Positions 28,916 through 39,193 of a stretch of 52,460 nucleotides of DNA are shown piece by piece. Source of the stretch: Thainema sp. Its GTDB lineage: Bacteria; Cyanobacteriota; Cyanobacteriia; Phormidesmidales; Phormidesmidaceae. The position numbers were made by a program, and so were the translations under genes. The notes beneath the pieces were generated by a model. It was given only the letters and a program-made list of their open reading frames with translations. It searched no databases and was not told the DNA's origin. The stretch lies in NCBI GenBank assembly GCA_052168235.1, contig JBQLZK010000054.1, positions 1-52,460 on the forward strand, given 5' to 3'. Position 1 is the first letter of the stretch. Every line of letters begins with the position of its first letter.

Positions 28916-31171
28916 ATGAATTTATTTGATCATCACCGTCAGCAACAGATCGAAGCCGAAGCGCCGCTGGCAGCGCGGATGCGTCCCCGGACGCTGCAAG
29001 AATATGTTGGGCAGGGCCACATTTTGGCACCGGGACGGCTGCTGCGACGGGCAATTGAGGCCGATCAGCTCTCGTCGCTGATTTTCTATGGCCCACCGGG
29101 GACGGGTAAAACCACACTGGCGCGGGTAATTGCCAATCGCACCCAAGCGGACTTTATTGCCATCAATGCGGTTTTGGCTGGAGTGCAAGCCATTCGAGAT
29201 GCGATCGCACGGGCGCAGGAGCGGCGCGGTCAGTTTGGCCAGCGGACGCTGCTGTTTATCGACGAAGTGCATCGGTTCAACAAAGCGCAGCAGGATGCGC
29301 TGTTGCCGTGGGTGGAAAACGGCACGGTGATTCTGATCGGGGCGACGACGGAAAATCCCTATTTTGAGGTGAATAAAGCGCTGGTCAGCCGTTCGCGCGT
29401 GTTTCAGCTCAAGCCGCTGTCGGCAGAAGACTTGCGCCAAATTGTGCAGCAAACACTTCAGGATCAGGAACGCGGCTATGGTCAGCAGTCAGTTGAGCTT
29501 GAATCCACAGCGCTGGCTCACTTGATTAACGTCGCCAATGGGGATGCGCGGGCGTTGCTGAATGCGCTGGAACTCGCAGTCGAAACGACTCCGCCCAATT
29601 CTAGTGGCACTATTCATATCTCCCTTTCGGTGGCCGAAGAATCGATCCAGCAGCGAGCTGTACTCTACGACAAAGAAGGTGATGCCCATTTCGATACGAT
29701 TAGTGCCTTCATCAAGAGCCTACGCGGTTCTGATCCCGACGCGGCGCTGTACTGGCTGGCCCGGATGATCTACAGCGGCGAAAATCCCCATTACTTATTC
29801 CGGCGCATGTTAGTGATGGCTAGTGAAGATATTGGGCTGGCTGACTCGCAAGCGATTGTGGTTGTCCAGTCCTGTGCTGCCACGTTTGATCGGGTGGGAC
29901 TGCCGGAAGGTCACTATGCCCTGGCTCATGCAGCGCTGTATCTGGCCAATGCGCCGAAGTCGAATAGCGTCCTGGGCTTCTTCGATGCGCTGAAGCTGGT
30001 GGAGCAGGAGCAGGCCGACGATGTGCCCAATCATTTAAAGGATGCCACCCGCGATCGCAACACGCTGGGTCACGGTGCAGGCTATCGCTATCCCCATGCC
30101 TACCGCGATCACTGGGTGGCGCAGCAGTATCTACCGGGCAATCTCCAGGGACAGGTGTTTTATCAGCCCTCCAATCAGGGAGCCGAAGACCAAATCCGTC
30201 GCCAAGTCGCCCGCCGTCGCGAGGAACAGCTAGCGGCACTACTCGACGACATCGGCACCTCTCCCGTGGAAAATCTCACTTTCTCGCCCCCGAATAAAAG
30301 CCAGGATCGCTGGCTACAGCGCACGATTGGTCAACTCGGTCAGCGGCTCGGCCAAGTGCGCGATCGCATATTCACCCTGGCACATCTCCAACGTCACCAT
30401 ATCGTTCTCGACCTCAACGCCGGAACGGGATTGCTCACCTGGGAAGCCCTGCGCCAAGTCCCCGAAGGCGGCGTCTACGCGCGTACGATAACTGATGCAG
30501 AAGCGAAAACGCTCAGGGAACTGGCCGAAAACTTACCGTCACTCCAGCGACCGATCGTGTTTAGCTGTCCGGATTTGGATCAGATCACACAGCCTAATTC
30601 ACCGATTGCAGAAGTGCGCTTTGACTGCGTCATTGGGCGCAATGCGCTGACGGCTAATGGCGGTAATCCGGACGATTGGTCGAAACTGCTAAGTGCGATC
30701 GCAGATGTGCTAACCGATAACGGTCAAGTCATCCTGGCCGAAACCATACCGTTGCGATCGCAGCGCCTCTATCGCTGGCTGCAACCAGGCTGGTTCCCGG
30801 CAGATCTGTATCAGCGCTTAGTTGCCGCCGAAGACAGTATTTATGACGCCAAACAGCCCGCGTCGCAACCGAGCCTAAACTGGGACGTGGAGCAGCTCAG
30901 TCAAGTCTTTACAACCACAGGTTTGCAGCCCAGGATCGAGATTGAGCAAATCCAGGCCGATTTACGTATTACACCCGCTCTCATCGACCGCTGGTTCCAC
31001 GTTTCCCCCCAATCCAACTCCCCAGATGCCGCCACCGCATCCTATGCCGATCACCTTTCCCAGCAGCTAACATCGGACGAAATCCAGGAGATTAAAACCA
31101 TTTTTATGCGTCATTTAAGCCAACAGGTTTTATCCTGGGACAGCGCGATCGCAATTGTCCAAGCGTTATGA
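28916..31171 (+). CDS. rarA: Replication-associated recombination AAA+ ATPase (RarA/MgsA) with a C-terminal methyltransferase-like domain
   Basis: [58 protein letters not shown]-terminal VLDLNAGTG. Confidence 0.92.
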   Translation: MNLFDHHRQQQIEAEAPLAARMRPRTLQEYVGQGHILAPGRLLRRAIEADQLSSLIFYGPPGTGKTTLARVIANRTQADFIAINAVLAGVQAIRDAIARAQERRGQFGQRTLLFIDEVHRFNKAQQDALLPWVENGTVILIGATTENPYFEVNKALVSRSRVFQLKPLSAEDLRQIVQQTLQDQERGYGQQSVELESTALAHLINVANGDARALLNALELAVETTPPNSSGTIHISLSVAEESIQQRAVLYDKEGDAHFDTISAFIKSLRGSDPDAALYWLARMIYSGENPHYLFRRMLVMASEDIGLADSQAIVVVQSCAATFDRVGLPEGHYALAHAALYLANAPKSNSVLGFFDALKLVEQEQADDVPNHLKDATRDRNTLGHGAGYRYPHAYRDHWVAQQYLPGNLQGQVFYQPSNQGAEDQIRRQVARRREEQLAALLDDIGTSPVENLTFSPPNKSQDRWLQRTIGQLGQRLGQVRDRIFTLAHLQRHHIVLDLNAGTGLLTWEALRQVPEGGVYARTITDAEAKTLRELAENLPSLQRPIVFSCPDLDQITQPNSPIAEVRFDCVIGRNALTANGGNPDDWSKLLSAIADVLTDNGQVILAETIPLRSQRLYRWLQPGWFPADLYQRLVAAEDSIYDAKQPASQPSLNWDVEQLSQVFTTTGLQPRIEIEQIQADLRITPALIDRWFHVSPQSNSPDAATASYADHLSQQLTSDEIQEIKTIFMRHLSQQVLSWDSAIAIVQAL

Positions 31172-31178
31172 TCAGCCC

Positions 31179-31826
31179 ATGATTGAGTTCTTCGTCGCAG
31201 GCGGAGTCGTGATGATTCCGCTGCTCATCCTGTTTATCATTGCCATTTTGCTAGTTGTAGAACGCTTGCTGTTCTGGCAGCGAATTACCCGTCGTCAGCA
31301 GAAAGTTGTCCATAACGTGCTGATGGCCTATCGCCGCGACCCAGGCGCAGTGAAAGCGCTGCTGAAGCAAAATATTGATTTGCCCATTGCCCGGATTTTC
31401 TTGGATGCGCTCAGCCTCAAGCAGGCCACGCCGGATGATTTCCGCTTAGCACTGGAAAGCGCAACCCAGGCCGAGCTGCCCCGGCTGAAGCGGTTTACAG
31501 TCGGGTTTGAAACGATTATCAGCGTCGCTCCCCTGCTCGGCCTGCTGGGGACAATTCTGGGTTTGATTACCTCATTTGCGTCCATTAATATTGGCGATGT
31601 TGGCGGCAGCAATACGGCGGAGGTGACGGGCGGCATCAGTGAAGCGCTGATTTCCACGGCGGCAGGTCTGGTCGTCGCCATCTTTACCCTCCTTTTTGCC
31701 AATGCCTTTCGTAGTCTCTACAAGCGCCAAATTGCCCTGATTCAAGAATATGGCGGTCAGCTAGAGTTGATGTATCGCCGCTGGTATGAAACTGCTCGTC
31801 GAGGTCATCCCTATGCGTCTTCCTGA
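31179..31826 (+). CDS. exbB: MotA/TolQ/ExbB proton channel protein
   Basis: APLLGLLGTILGLI, GGISEALISTAAGLVVAI. Confidence 0.9.
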   Translation: MIEFFVAGGVVMIPLLILFIIAILLVVERLLFWQRITRRQQKVVHNVLMAYRRDPGAVKALLKQNIDLPIARIFLDALSLKQATPDDFRLALESATQAELPRLKRFTVGFETIISVAPLLGLLGTILGLITSFASINIGDVGGSNTAEVTGGISEALISTAAGLVVAIFTLLFANAFRSLYKRQIALIQEYGGQLELMYRRWYETARRGHPYASS

Positions 31827-32283
31827 AGAACCAGACATTCCCCCCCAGCTCAATATCGTGCCGATGATTGATGTCATCTTCGCGATTTTGACGTTTTTTA
31901 TCGTGTCTACGCTGTTCCTCACCCGCTCAGAAGGCTTACCTGTTAACCTGCCACAGGCCGCCACTGCTGAGATGCAGCAGAATACCCCCGTGACCGTGAC
32001 CATTGCCGCCAATGGTGCGATCGCACTTAACCGTAATCCGGTCGAATTCGAAGCTCTTCAGCCCAGTATTGTGGCCTTGCTAACCGATCAAAGCAATAAG
32101 CTGGTTGTGATCAACGCCGACGAAGCCGTCCCCCACGGGCGCGTCGTCGCCATCATGGATCAGATTCGCCAAATTGAAGGTGTTCAAATGGGCATCGCCA
32201 CCCAGCGTCCCGCTCCTGAATCCGCCCCGTCAGAACCCAATACAGATACAACCAATGAAGCCGAGACTGACGCAGTAGAGTAA
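31813..32283 (+). CDS. exbD: Biopolymer transport protein ExbD/TolR
   Basis: NIVPMIDVIFAILTFFIV, VNLPQA, VVINAD. Confidence 0.9.
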   Translation: MRLPEEPDIPPQLNIVPMIDVIFAILTFFIVSTLFLTRSEGLPVNLPQAATAEMQQNTPVTVTIAANGAIALNRNPVEFEALQPSIVALLTDQSNKLVVINADEAVPHGRVVAIMDQIRQIEGVQMGIATQRPAPESAPSEPNTDTTNEAETDAVE

Positions 32284-32297
32284 ACAATAGATAAACA

Positions 32298-32945
32298 GTG
32301 AATGAACTTGTTGGTGTCTTTTTCAAGACATTTGTTTTAATTCAGGTTCTAATTTATCTCGCCCTCCTGGTCTTTTCTTTTCTGATCCTAGGCGTTGCTG
32401 ATTTCAGCGTTGCCGCAACTGTTGCTGATCCCTCAAAGCTGGCGGTGATCGGCGCGATGAGCGCAATCCTTATTGCAGGCGGATTACAGTGGTGGATCAA
32501 TCGAGCCATTGCTCAACGCAATACACGGATCAGTGCAGAACGCCAGAATGCTTCATCCGATGCCGATCAAGCCGCTGGCTGCGCTGAATTGAGCACCTTG
32601 ATCAGTCAAGTTGTGGGGACAATCATCTACATACTGTTGCTGCCGTTGGCATTCTCAAAAATCGGTGAGTGGATCTATCAACTTAACTGGTGGGTGTTCA
32701 CCTCGTTACGCAATCAATGGCCACCCTTGATCTACCTTTTATCGGTAATGAGTTTCCTCGGCTTTCTATTTCAAAACAGCCTCATCTACTGCGAATGGCT
32801 ATTGGGTCGAGCCTTCTTTATTGGCTTTCTTTTTCCCAACCAACCCCTGTTCTTATACACGGTTGTTCCTGCGATCGCAGGTCTTTGGGCACAGGTAACA
32901 TACAAACTGATCAAACTGGCGCGTTTGGGTTTGGAACGATCATGA
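32298..32945 (+). CDS. Hypothetical multi-pass membrane protein
   Basis: 215-aa ORF with several hydrophobic segments, starting 14 bp after exbD. Confidence 0.6.
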   Translation: MNELVGVFFKTFVLIQVLIYLALLVFSFLILGVADFSVAATVADPSKLAVIGAMSAILIAGGLQWWINRAIAQRNTRISAERQNASSDADQAAGCAELSTLISQVVGTIIYILLLPLAFSKIGEWIYQLNWWVFTSLRNQWPPLIYLLSVMSFLGFLFQNSLIYCEWLLGRAFFIGFLFPNQPLFLYTVVPAIAGLWAQVTYKLIKLARLGLERS

Positions 32946-32995
32946 AGCGATGTGATGTGCGATCGCAAACACCGCTTTGCCAAATATGAGCGTTA

Positions 32996-33598
32996 TTAAT
33001 TTTGATCCGCCTCGGTGCGCCATTCTGCCGCAGGAATTCGCCAATAGTTGCCCTGGGCTCTCTGCATCATGTTGTAGCCAATGAACTCCCGCCGCAGCGT
33101 TGCAACATCAGCATGAAACGGCTTCAGCACAGCATTGACTTCCTTTTCTGCATACTGCCTGTCTTCATCAAACTGATTCACTAACCACTTCAGCACCACC
33201 CAACGCTTCTTACGGCTGGCTGGCAGCTCTTGCAGACGACCATCAACAAAATAGCTGCGTAAAATCTTTGCCTCCCAAGCGTCAGTGTCAATATCGGTTG
33301 TCAATTCCACAATCTGCTCAGGCGTAAACAAGGCTTTCGTCATGGTTTCCAAAGTTTTTTGATCCAACTTGTAGAAGTGGGTGTTTTTGTCCTGCCGCAT
33401 CTGCACTAGCTCAAGCTGTTTCAGCTTTGCAAGATGATGGGAGACGGTTGGTTCCTTGAGATTCAGCAAAGCAGCAAGCTCTTCAACGCTATGCTCTCGC
33501 TGCGCGAGGAGACCAATGAGCTTCAAGCGGCTCTCATTCGCTAAAGCCTTGAAGAAGGCAAGTAGGGTTTCAACTTGCGGCTGTGTCACGGCTAACAT
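32996..33598 (-). CDS. ArsR/SmtB-family regulator with C-terminal DUF2087
   Basis: FKALANESRLKLI, TVSHHLAKL; GRLQELPASRKKR, YAEKEVN, DVATLRRE. Confidence 0.9.
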   Translation of the reverse strand: MLAVTQPQVETLLAFFKALANESRLKLIGLLAQREHSVEELAALLNLKEPTVSHHLAKLKQLELVQMRQDKNTHFYKLDQKTLETMTKALFTPEQIVELTTDIDTDAWEAKILRSYFVDGRLQELPASRKKRWVVLKWLVNQFDEDRQYAEKEVNAVLKPFHADVATLRREFIGYNMMQRAQGNYWRIPAAEWRTEADQN

Positions 33599-33614
33599 GG
33601 CTGTTCATTCTATA

Positions 33615-33646
33615 TAGATATTCATCTAATTAGATGCTAATCTAAT
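33615..33646. promoter_or_regulatory. Candidate operator: tandem TAGAT-N4-ATCTA dyads
   Basis: tagat-attc-atcta-attagat-gcta-atctaat, directly upstream of the ArsR start. Confidence 0.6.
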
Positions 33647-33890
33647 TAACCAGCAATGTCGAGTTACGAAAAAAACAGAGTGGATAACCAACAATGCTAA
33701 GGCCAAGTTTGACACGGCTACCTCTATTCCTACGTTTCTGGCTATCCTCAAACTAACTCTCCAAGTTTGATCAATTCTTCAGGCACCTATCAAGAAATTT
33801 TAGATTTTCTCGTTAGCCGTCCGACCTCCGAGCAAATCATTAATTTCAAAGTCTCTCAAGCTTCACAAGAGCGCCTGCAGGTCTTACTAA

Positions 33891-33989
33891 GGAGCGTGAA
33901 TTAGATAGCCTATCAATCATTCCATCTGTAGGGACACGGCAATGCCGTGTCCCTACCCCAAAGATTTCACCTTATTAAATTCACGCTCC
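33891..33989. mobile_element. GTAG-type REP hairpin inside a 12-bp outer inverted repeat (MITE/REPIN-like)
   Basis: gtagggacacggca-a-tgccgtgtccctac (33928-33956); ggagcgtgaatt pairs with aattcacgctcc. Confidence 0.7.
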
Positions 33990-33991
33990 CA

Positions 33992-34123
33992 AGGAAAAAT
34001 CGCGAGGTGACTTTGACTGCCGCAGAACGGGCAGAACTCGATCTTTATGAGCAGTTGGACACGTTGATGGGTTTTCTCAAAATCCGAGCGTATACCCCAT
34101 CAACCCTTACCAAAAATTGCTAA
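33992..34123 (+). pseudogene. Start-less 3' fragment of a small helical protein
   Basis: RKNREVTLTAAERAELDLYEQLDTLMGFLKIRAY...*. It begins at the edge of the repeat element and resembles, from recall, small proteins encoded next to HNH nucleases. Confidence 0.45.
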
Positions 34124-34193
34124 TCATTACTAAATCCCCCAGCTCTAGCGTTGATCGGCCATTATAGAAATAGGAGAAGAGCGGACAGCAGCC

Positions 34194-36080
34194 ATGTTGT
34201 TCGTTTTTTGGACTGTCTATATGATCCCTCCTGAATCTTCGTCTCCTGCTGTGCCGGAGCCGCCCGCTACACCATCCAGCTCATCTGCCGAACGCAACTT
34301 TAGAGCGTTTCTGATTCAGTTCTTTCGGCGGGTCAAGAATTTTTTCGATGCCCAAGCGCTGCCCTACGTCGCCAATAAAACCTGTGAAGTGTACTTAGGT
34401 GACAGCCATAAATCTCATCAGGTGAAATGTCGGCGAATTTTGCGATCGCGCCTTGAACTCAATCCCACGCAGCTCCAGCATTTTTTCCAGACCTCCGTGG
34501 GAGACATGCTAGTGGGCTGGTTTGAGCACTTCTTCCATTTACCGGATCATCACGACAATCATCCTGACAAACGCCATGCGCTGAAGGAAATGCTGATTCA
34601 AATGGCGGCTGATCCAGAAGGTTTGTCACTGCTCAGCTTTTTGCGGCGTTTCCCAGACACGATTCAGTTCAACACCGACCAGCTCTTGTTCACCGCGAAA
34701 CGGGTGGAGCTGATGCTGCAAGAAACCGATCGCACCATTGCAACGGTTCGTGAACTAGCGGCTCAAGAGCAGCAGGCCGCCTCTGCCGTCAACTTTGCTG
34801 AGCTGCCCGATTTGCAGCAGCGGGGAGATTTTACCGTCAAGCGATTTCGGTTTATGCTCGATGGGGCACAGCGGCATCAGGTGGATGATAGCGAAGAGTT
34901 GAGATCGCTCTCCGTTACCTGCTACGAACCGCAGCCCTGGCCGGAGAAAATGTACGTAATTGTGCAGTCCCACGGTCTAGCCTCTAGTCCCGATGATATG
35001 GAGCTGTATGGCCGACACATGGCCTCTCACGGTTACGTTGTAGTCGCACCGCAGCACCCTGGCAGTGATATTAGCTATGTGCGGCAGATGCTTCAGGGTG
35101 AAACGGCTGAACTGTTCAAGTGGACAGAGTTTATTAATCGACCGCTGGATATCCAGGATACGCTGGATGAACTAGAGCACCGCAATGCAAAAATTTATGA
35201 CAACCGCCTACAGCTTGATGCCGTGGGGATTATGGGCTACTCGTTTGGTGCGTATACCGCATTTGCCCTAGCGGGAGCCGAGATTCATTTTGAAACGCTG
35301 GAAAGTGCCTGTGGCGCAACGATTTGCGACCCAAATATTTCGCTATTGCTCCAGTGCCAAGCCCTTGGTTTGCCGCGCCAGCGATACCACTTGCTCGACC
35401 CACGCATTCGGGCGATTCTTTCGCTTGATTCGGTGGGCAGTGAAGTTTTTGGCCCAATGGGGATGTCAAACGTGCAAATTCCGGCCATGCTGGTAGCAGG
35501 AAGCCATGATCCGGCTGCTCCTCTCGCGTTTGAGCAAATTCGTATGTTCCACTGGTTGCAAAACTCAGATGCTTATTTAGCATTAATGCAGGGCAAATCT
35601 CATCTGCGTGATGCCCAACGTCTAGTTCGCCTGTTGGATTTACAGATCAACGTTTCACCTAGCCCCAGTCAAAATCGTGGTGCCGCCGATGTTCCACTGC
35701 CCTTTGAGTCCTATGTGAAGGCGCTCAGCATTGCGTTCTTTGGCGTACATATTAAACAAGAAAGTGCGATCGCACCCTACCTCAGCTCCAGCTACGCCAA
35801 CTACCTCAGCCAGTCCCCCTACGACTTCTGGTTGCTCAGCCAAGCCTCCAAACCCCAGCTCGATCACCAGCTAGAGCAGTTGGATCTCAACCTCGTCTCT
35901 GAACTGATTGACTCTAATACAAATTCCATTACACCCCCCACAACCTCAACGGCATCCTCTCCCCCCTCCCCCTCACCATCAACTGATTCACGTGCTTCAC
36001 TATTAACCACTCCCCCCTCCTCCACCCATCCACCCTACTATCCATCCACCCTCGACTCATCCACGGAGAACCCAGCATGA
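34194..36080 (+). CDS. Alpha/beta hydrolase with DUF1400-like N-terminus
   Basis: SHGLAS, HPGSD, EFINRPLDI, GYSFG, NISLLLQC; low-complexity S/T/P tail. Alternative start at 34221. Confidence 0.85.
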   Translation: MLFVFWTVYMIPPESSSPAVPEPPATPSSSSAERNFRAFLIQFFRRVKNFFDAQALPYVANKTCEVYLGDSHKSHQVKCRRILRSRLELNPTQLQHFFQTSVGDMLVGWFEHFFHLPDHHDNHPDKRHALKEMLIQMAADPEGLSLLSFLRRFPDTIQFNTDQLLFTAKRVELMLQETDRTIATVRELAAQEQQAASAVNFAELPDLQQRGDFTVKRFRFMLDGAQRHQVDDSEELRSLSVTCYEPQPWPEKMYVIVQSHGLASSPDDMELYGRHMASHGYVVVAPQHPGSDISYVRQMLQGETAELFKWTEFINRPLDIQDTLDELEHRNAKIYDNRLQLDAVGIMGYSFGAYTAFALAGAEIHFETLESACGATICDPNISLLLQCQALGLPRQRYHLLDPRIRAILSLDSVGSEVFGPMGMSNVQIPAMLVAGSHDPAAPLAFEQIRMFHWLQNSDAYLALMQGKSHLRDAQRLVRLLDLQINVSPSPSQNRGAADVPLPFESYVKALSIAFFGVHIKQESAIAPYLSSSYANYLSQSPYDFWLLSQASKPQLDHQLEQLDLNLVSELIDSNTNSITPPTTSTASSPPSPSPSTDSRASLLTTPPSSTHPPYYPSTLDSSTENPA

Positions 36081-36979
36081 GACGCACCGAAGGACGATTC
36101 AAAACCGCTGACGGACTCGAACTGTATTACCAACAGTGGCATCCGGATGGCGAAGTAAGGGCTGGACTCCTGATTGTGCATGGATTAGGGGCTCGCTGCG
36201 GTTGGTTTGAGAATGTGATTCAGGCACTGTTGCCGCAGGGGATTATGGTCTATGAGTATGACCTGCGGGGACATGGTCGTTCATCAGGACAGCGAGGCCA
36301 TATTCAGTCGTGGCAGCAGCATCGCCAGGATTTGCACCAGTGCTGGCTATTGATGCGTAAGCAACTGCCTAATCGACCTTGCTTTATCATGGGGCACAGC
36401 CTGGGTGGGGTAATTGTGCTGGACTATGTGATGCACCGTAAAACCAACTGTGCAGATGGGGTGCTGCCGCCAGCAGGAATGATTTTGATGGCTCCAGCGA
36501 TTGGGCCAGTGTGTGTGCGATCGCTAAAGCTGCTGATTGGACGGTTCTTTTCCAGGATTTATCCCCGGTTTACGCTCAATACGGGTATTTGCCGAGAATC
36601 TGCCTCCCGCGATCCGGCGATTTTGGAAGCCTATGCGGCGGATAATTTGCGCCACACGAAGGGAACGGCGCGACTGGCCACGGAGTTTATTCGGACGACG
36701 GAGTGGATTCGGGCGCATCTGTCGGAGCTTCAACTGCCGACGTTGGTGCTACAGGGCAGCGCAGATGCGGTGACGCTGGCACCAGGCAGCCGCTATTTGT
36801 TTGACCAGTTGCAGATGGATGATAAGCAGTATCGCCTCTATGAGGGGGGATACCACGATTTACACAACGATCTCTGTGCGGCAGAGGTAGCAGGGGATAT
36901 TGCCACTTGGCTAAGTCAGCATGTGGAGGGCAAGCGCATGGTGTGTAAGCTACCGGAGCATTCACAGGTTGAGGCTTGA
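36077..36979 (+). CDS. Lysophospholipase / monoacylglycerol-lipase-like hydrolase
   Basis: VHGLG, DLRGHGRSSGQRGH, GHSLGG, GGYHDL; ATGA overlap with the upstream gene. Confidence 0.9.
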   Translation: MRRTEGRFKTADGLELYYQQWHPDGEVRAGLLIVHGLGARCGWFENVIQALLPQGIMVYEYDLRGHGRSSGQRGHIQSWQQHRQDLHQCWLLMRKQLPNRPCFIMGHSLGGVIVLDYVMHRKTNCADGVLPPAGMILMAPAIGPVCVRSLKLLIGRFFSRIYPRFTLNTGICRESASRDPAILEAYAADNLRHTKGTARLATEFIRTTEWIRAHLSELQLPTLVLQGSADAVTLAPGSRYLFDQLQMDDKQYRLYEGGYHDLHNDLCAAEVAGDIATWLSQHVEGKRMVCKLPEHSQVEA

Positions 36980-37340
36980 TGGTGGTTGATTAAGAAGTGC
37001 GATCGCAGTTTTTGATGAGGACGGTAAAAGCGCGATCGCAACTTGTACTAAACCTAGAGACAATTCGGCAAATGCTATATTGCGTTTTTCAACGATTACG
37101 TATTTCCCCGTAGATGTAGACTATAACGGCAAAAAGGGAGCCTCTAAACAGCTCCAACTTAACTCTAATTGTATTGCCACATCACCATCGGTTAGTACCT
37201 CCAAGGGTAATGATATAGAAGCCTCAGACACCTATATTGTTAAGGTCTTTCGGTTAGTCACTGTTGCTAGTCCAGGATTCACGAATTCAGGGTGCTATCC
37301 GTTATAGCTTTGCCCATTCAGGCTTAAGAGGTTTTGATTT

Positions 37341-38132
37341 ATGTTTAGGAAAACGTTATTTTTTGCGACTGCATTCACTGTTCCTTTGCTACTAGCGAGT
37401 TCTGCAAAAGCTGCTGTCTTTAACTTGACGATTGACGGCAGCGATGCAATTTTCTTGGCGGGTAGAACAGACTTGAGTATTCCTTCAGCCGCAGACCCGT
37501 GGGGTGTTTTGCTCCGGCATGGTTCTCCCACACCAGAAGAAATCCAAGAAACCTTCCCTCCTTTCCTTTCAGTTAACGCGGGTGATGTCATTCGAGTCGC
37601 TGATCCAGCTATTGGTGGGGTGAATTTCTTCAACGGGTTCGGCCCTCCATTCTTTGGCCCTGGAGGCAATGATTCGGGGATTAGTAATCTAACTTCTCTG
37701 GGAGGGATCAGTGGCTATCGGGGGCCACAAGGCCCACTAGTGGGAGTATTTCTAGACGATCTCATTCCGAATGGAACAGCGCCTGCGACGCTGGATTTTA
37801 CAGTTAGTGGATTGGGAACAGACTTTGCTTCGTTAACACCTGAATTGGGCCAGATTTTCTACATTGGCGATGGGTTAACAAGTGCCAGCGAATTCCAAGA
37901 CTTTATTGCGCCGACTGGAGCAACTCGCTTGTTTTTGGGTATTCCGGATGGCTTTGGTTTTGTGGGCAATCCAGGTGCTTATGATGACAACGATGGCAGT
38001 TACCAAGTTGCATTAGGGGTCAATCAAACGCCAATATCTGTGCCGGAACCTGCTAGTGTCACTGGGTTGCTGGCTGTTGCTTTACTCGCAGGTCGGCGTT
38101 TTGTTCAAAAGCGGCTCTCTTATCAACGGTAA
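37341..38132 (+). CDS. PEP-CTERM sorting-domain surface protein
   Basis: Signal peptide ending SAKA; C-terminal VPEPAS + TM segment + basic tail. Confidence 0.88.
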   Translation: MFRKTLFFATAFTVPLLLASSAKAAVFNLTIDGSDAIFLAGRTDLSIPSAADPWGVLLRHGSPTPEEIQETFPPFLSVNAGDVIRVADPAIGGVNFFNGFGPPFFGPGGNDSGISNLTSLGGISGYRGPQGPLVGVFLDDLIPNGTAPATLDFTVSGLGTDFASLTPELGQIFYIGDGLTSASEFQDFIAPTGATRLFLGIPDGFGFVGNPGAYDDNDGSYQVALGVNQTPISVPEPASVTGLLAVALLAGRRFVQKRLSYQR

Positions 38133-38155
38133 TTTCATCCGTCACGACATGCTTC

Positions 38156-38192
38156 AAACAGCCGCTGAGTCTATCCAATAGCGGCTGTTTTT
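38156..38192 (+). terminator. Intrinsic terminator
   Basis: aaacagccgct...agcggctgttt followed by further T residues. Confidence 0.7.
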
Positions 38193-38253
38193 ATCGTAGG
38201 GAGAAAGTGCGATCGCACCTATGCGAGTCAGGCAAAACTGACTGAGGAGCAGA

Positions 38254-39027
38254 TTAAGGAATATACCCCAGCTCATTTTGCAAAATGGTATTGGCATCAG
38301 CAACGGTGCTAACGCCGCGATCGGTCAAGCTACGGCTCGCGGCAGCATCGACGGTGAAGTAGCCGCCCTCATTGTTATAGACCGTCGTTACTGGAAATGG
38401 CCTACTTCCGGTTGGGCCTGCCCCAGTAATGTAATCCGCAATGACAATGACATAGTCAAAACCGTTAAGCAGATGGAACGACACGGCCTGAGTTTCCCAC
38501 AAAATCCAGGTAGCATCGGGATTGGCGGGTAGCTGCTCAATCAGCTCTCCCTCAGGTGACATAAGGTAAATGGCTAAGTCATTGACGCTACTGATGGGAT
38601 CATCCACAGCAGAGGTAACAACGAATGCGACTTCTCCGAAATCGCGCAGATTCACCCAAAAACTCTGATCGATGTTGATAGATCGCCCTTGTACAGGCAG
38701 ATTGCGCTCAACCCAACCCAATTCTGCCGGAGTCAGTAACCGAGATTCCCCAGCACCAAGAGTGAGTTCATCATTTACAGATGGTGCTTCTGCAGGAGCA
38801 CTAGAGGGATCTAAAACAGGTTGAGTAGCATCGGGTTCAGGGCTGTCCTTATCTGTTGGAGGAGCAGATGCTGAGCTGTTAGGTTCAACCGCAGGGACTC
38901 CAGATGTGGTCGGTTCCGAGGGAGCCGTATCAGCGGCTGGCGGAGTGCTACCACAGCCATTCAAGCTCAGGGCACTACCCACCAACGCAGCGGTGAGCCA
39001 TTGGGAGAAACCAAGTCGTTGGGGCAT
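38254..39027 (-). CDS. Hypothetical lipoprotein
   Basis: Lipobox LNGC followed by a P/S/T/E-rich linker and a globular domain. Confidence 0.75.
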   Translation of the reverse strand: MPQRLGFSQWLTAALVGSALSLNGCGSTPPAADTAPSEPTTSGVPAVEPNSSASAPPTDKDSPEPDATQPVLDPSSAPAEAPSVNDELTLGAGESRLLTPAELGWVERNLPVQGRSINIDQSFWVNLRDFGEVAFVVTSAVDDPISSVNDLAIYLMSPEGELIEQLPANPDATWILWETQAVSFHLLNGFDYVIVIADYITGAGPTGSRPFPVTTVYNNEGGYFTVDAAASRSLTDRGVSTVADANTILQNELGYIP

Positions 39028-39193
39028 CGGTCAAGACCTCAAGCGAAACAGGCAAGTACATCATCCACCTGACGCTCTTGCTGCCTAGAGAGTGCCCAAA
39101 GTTAAATCTGTAGCCACAAAACTAGAGAAAAATAAAAATAGTAGAGTCGGGTTTCAAGACGTGCGATCGCATCTCCATTAACTCAGACTCAAG

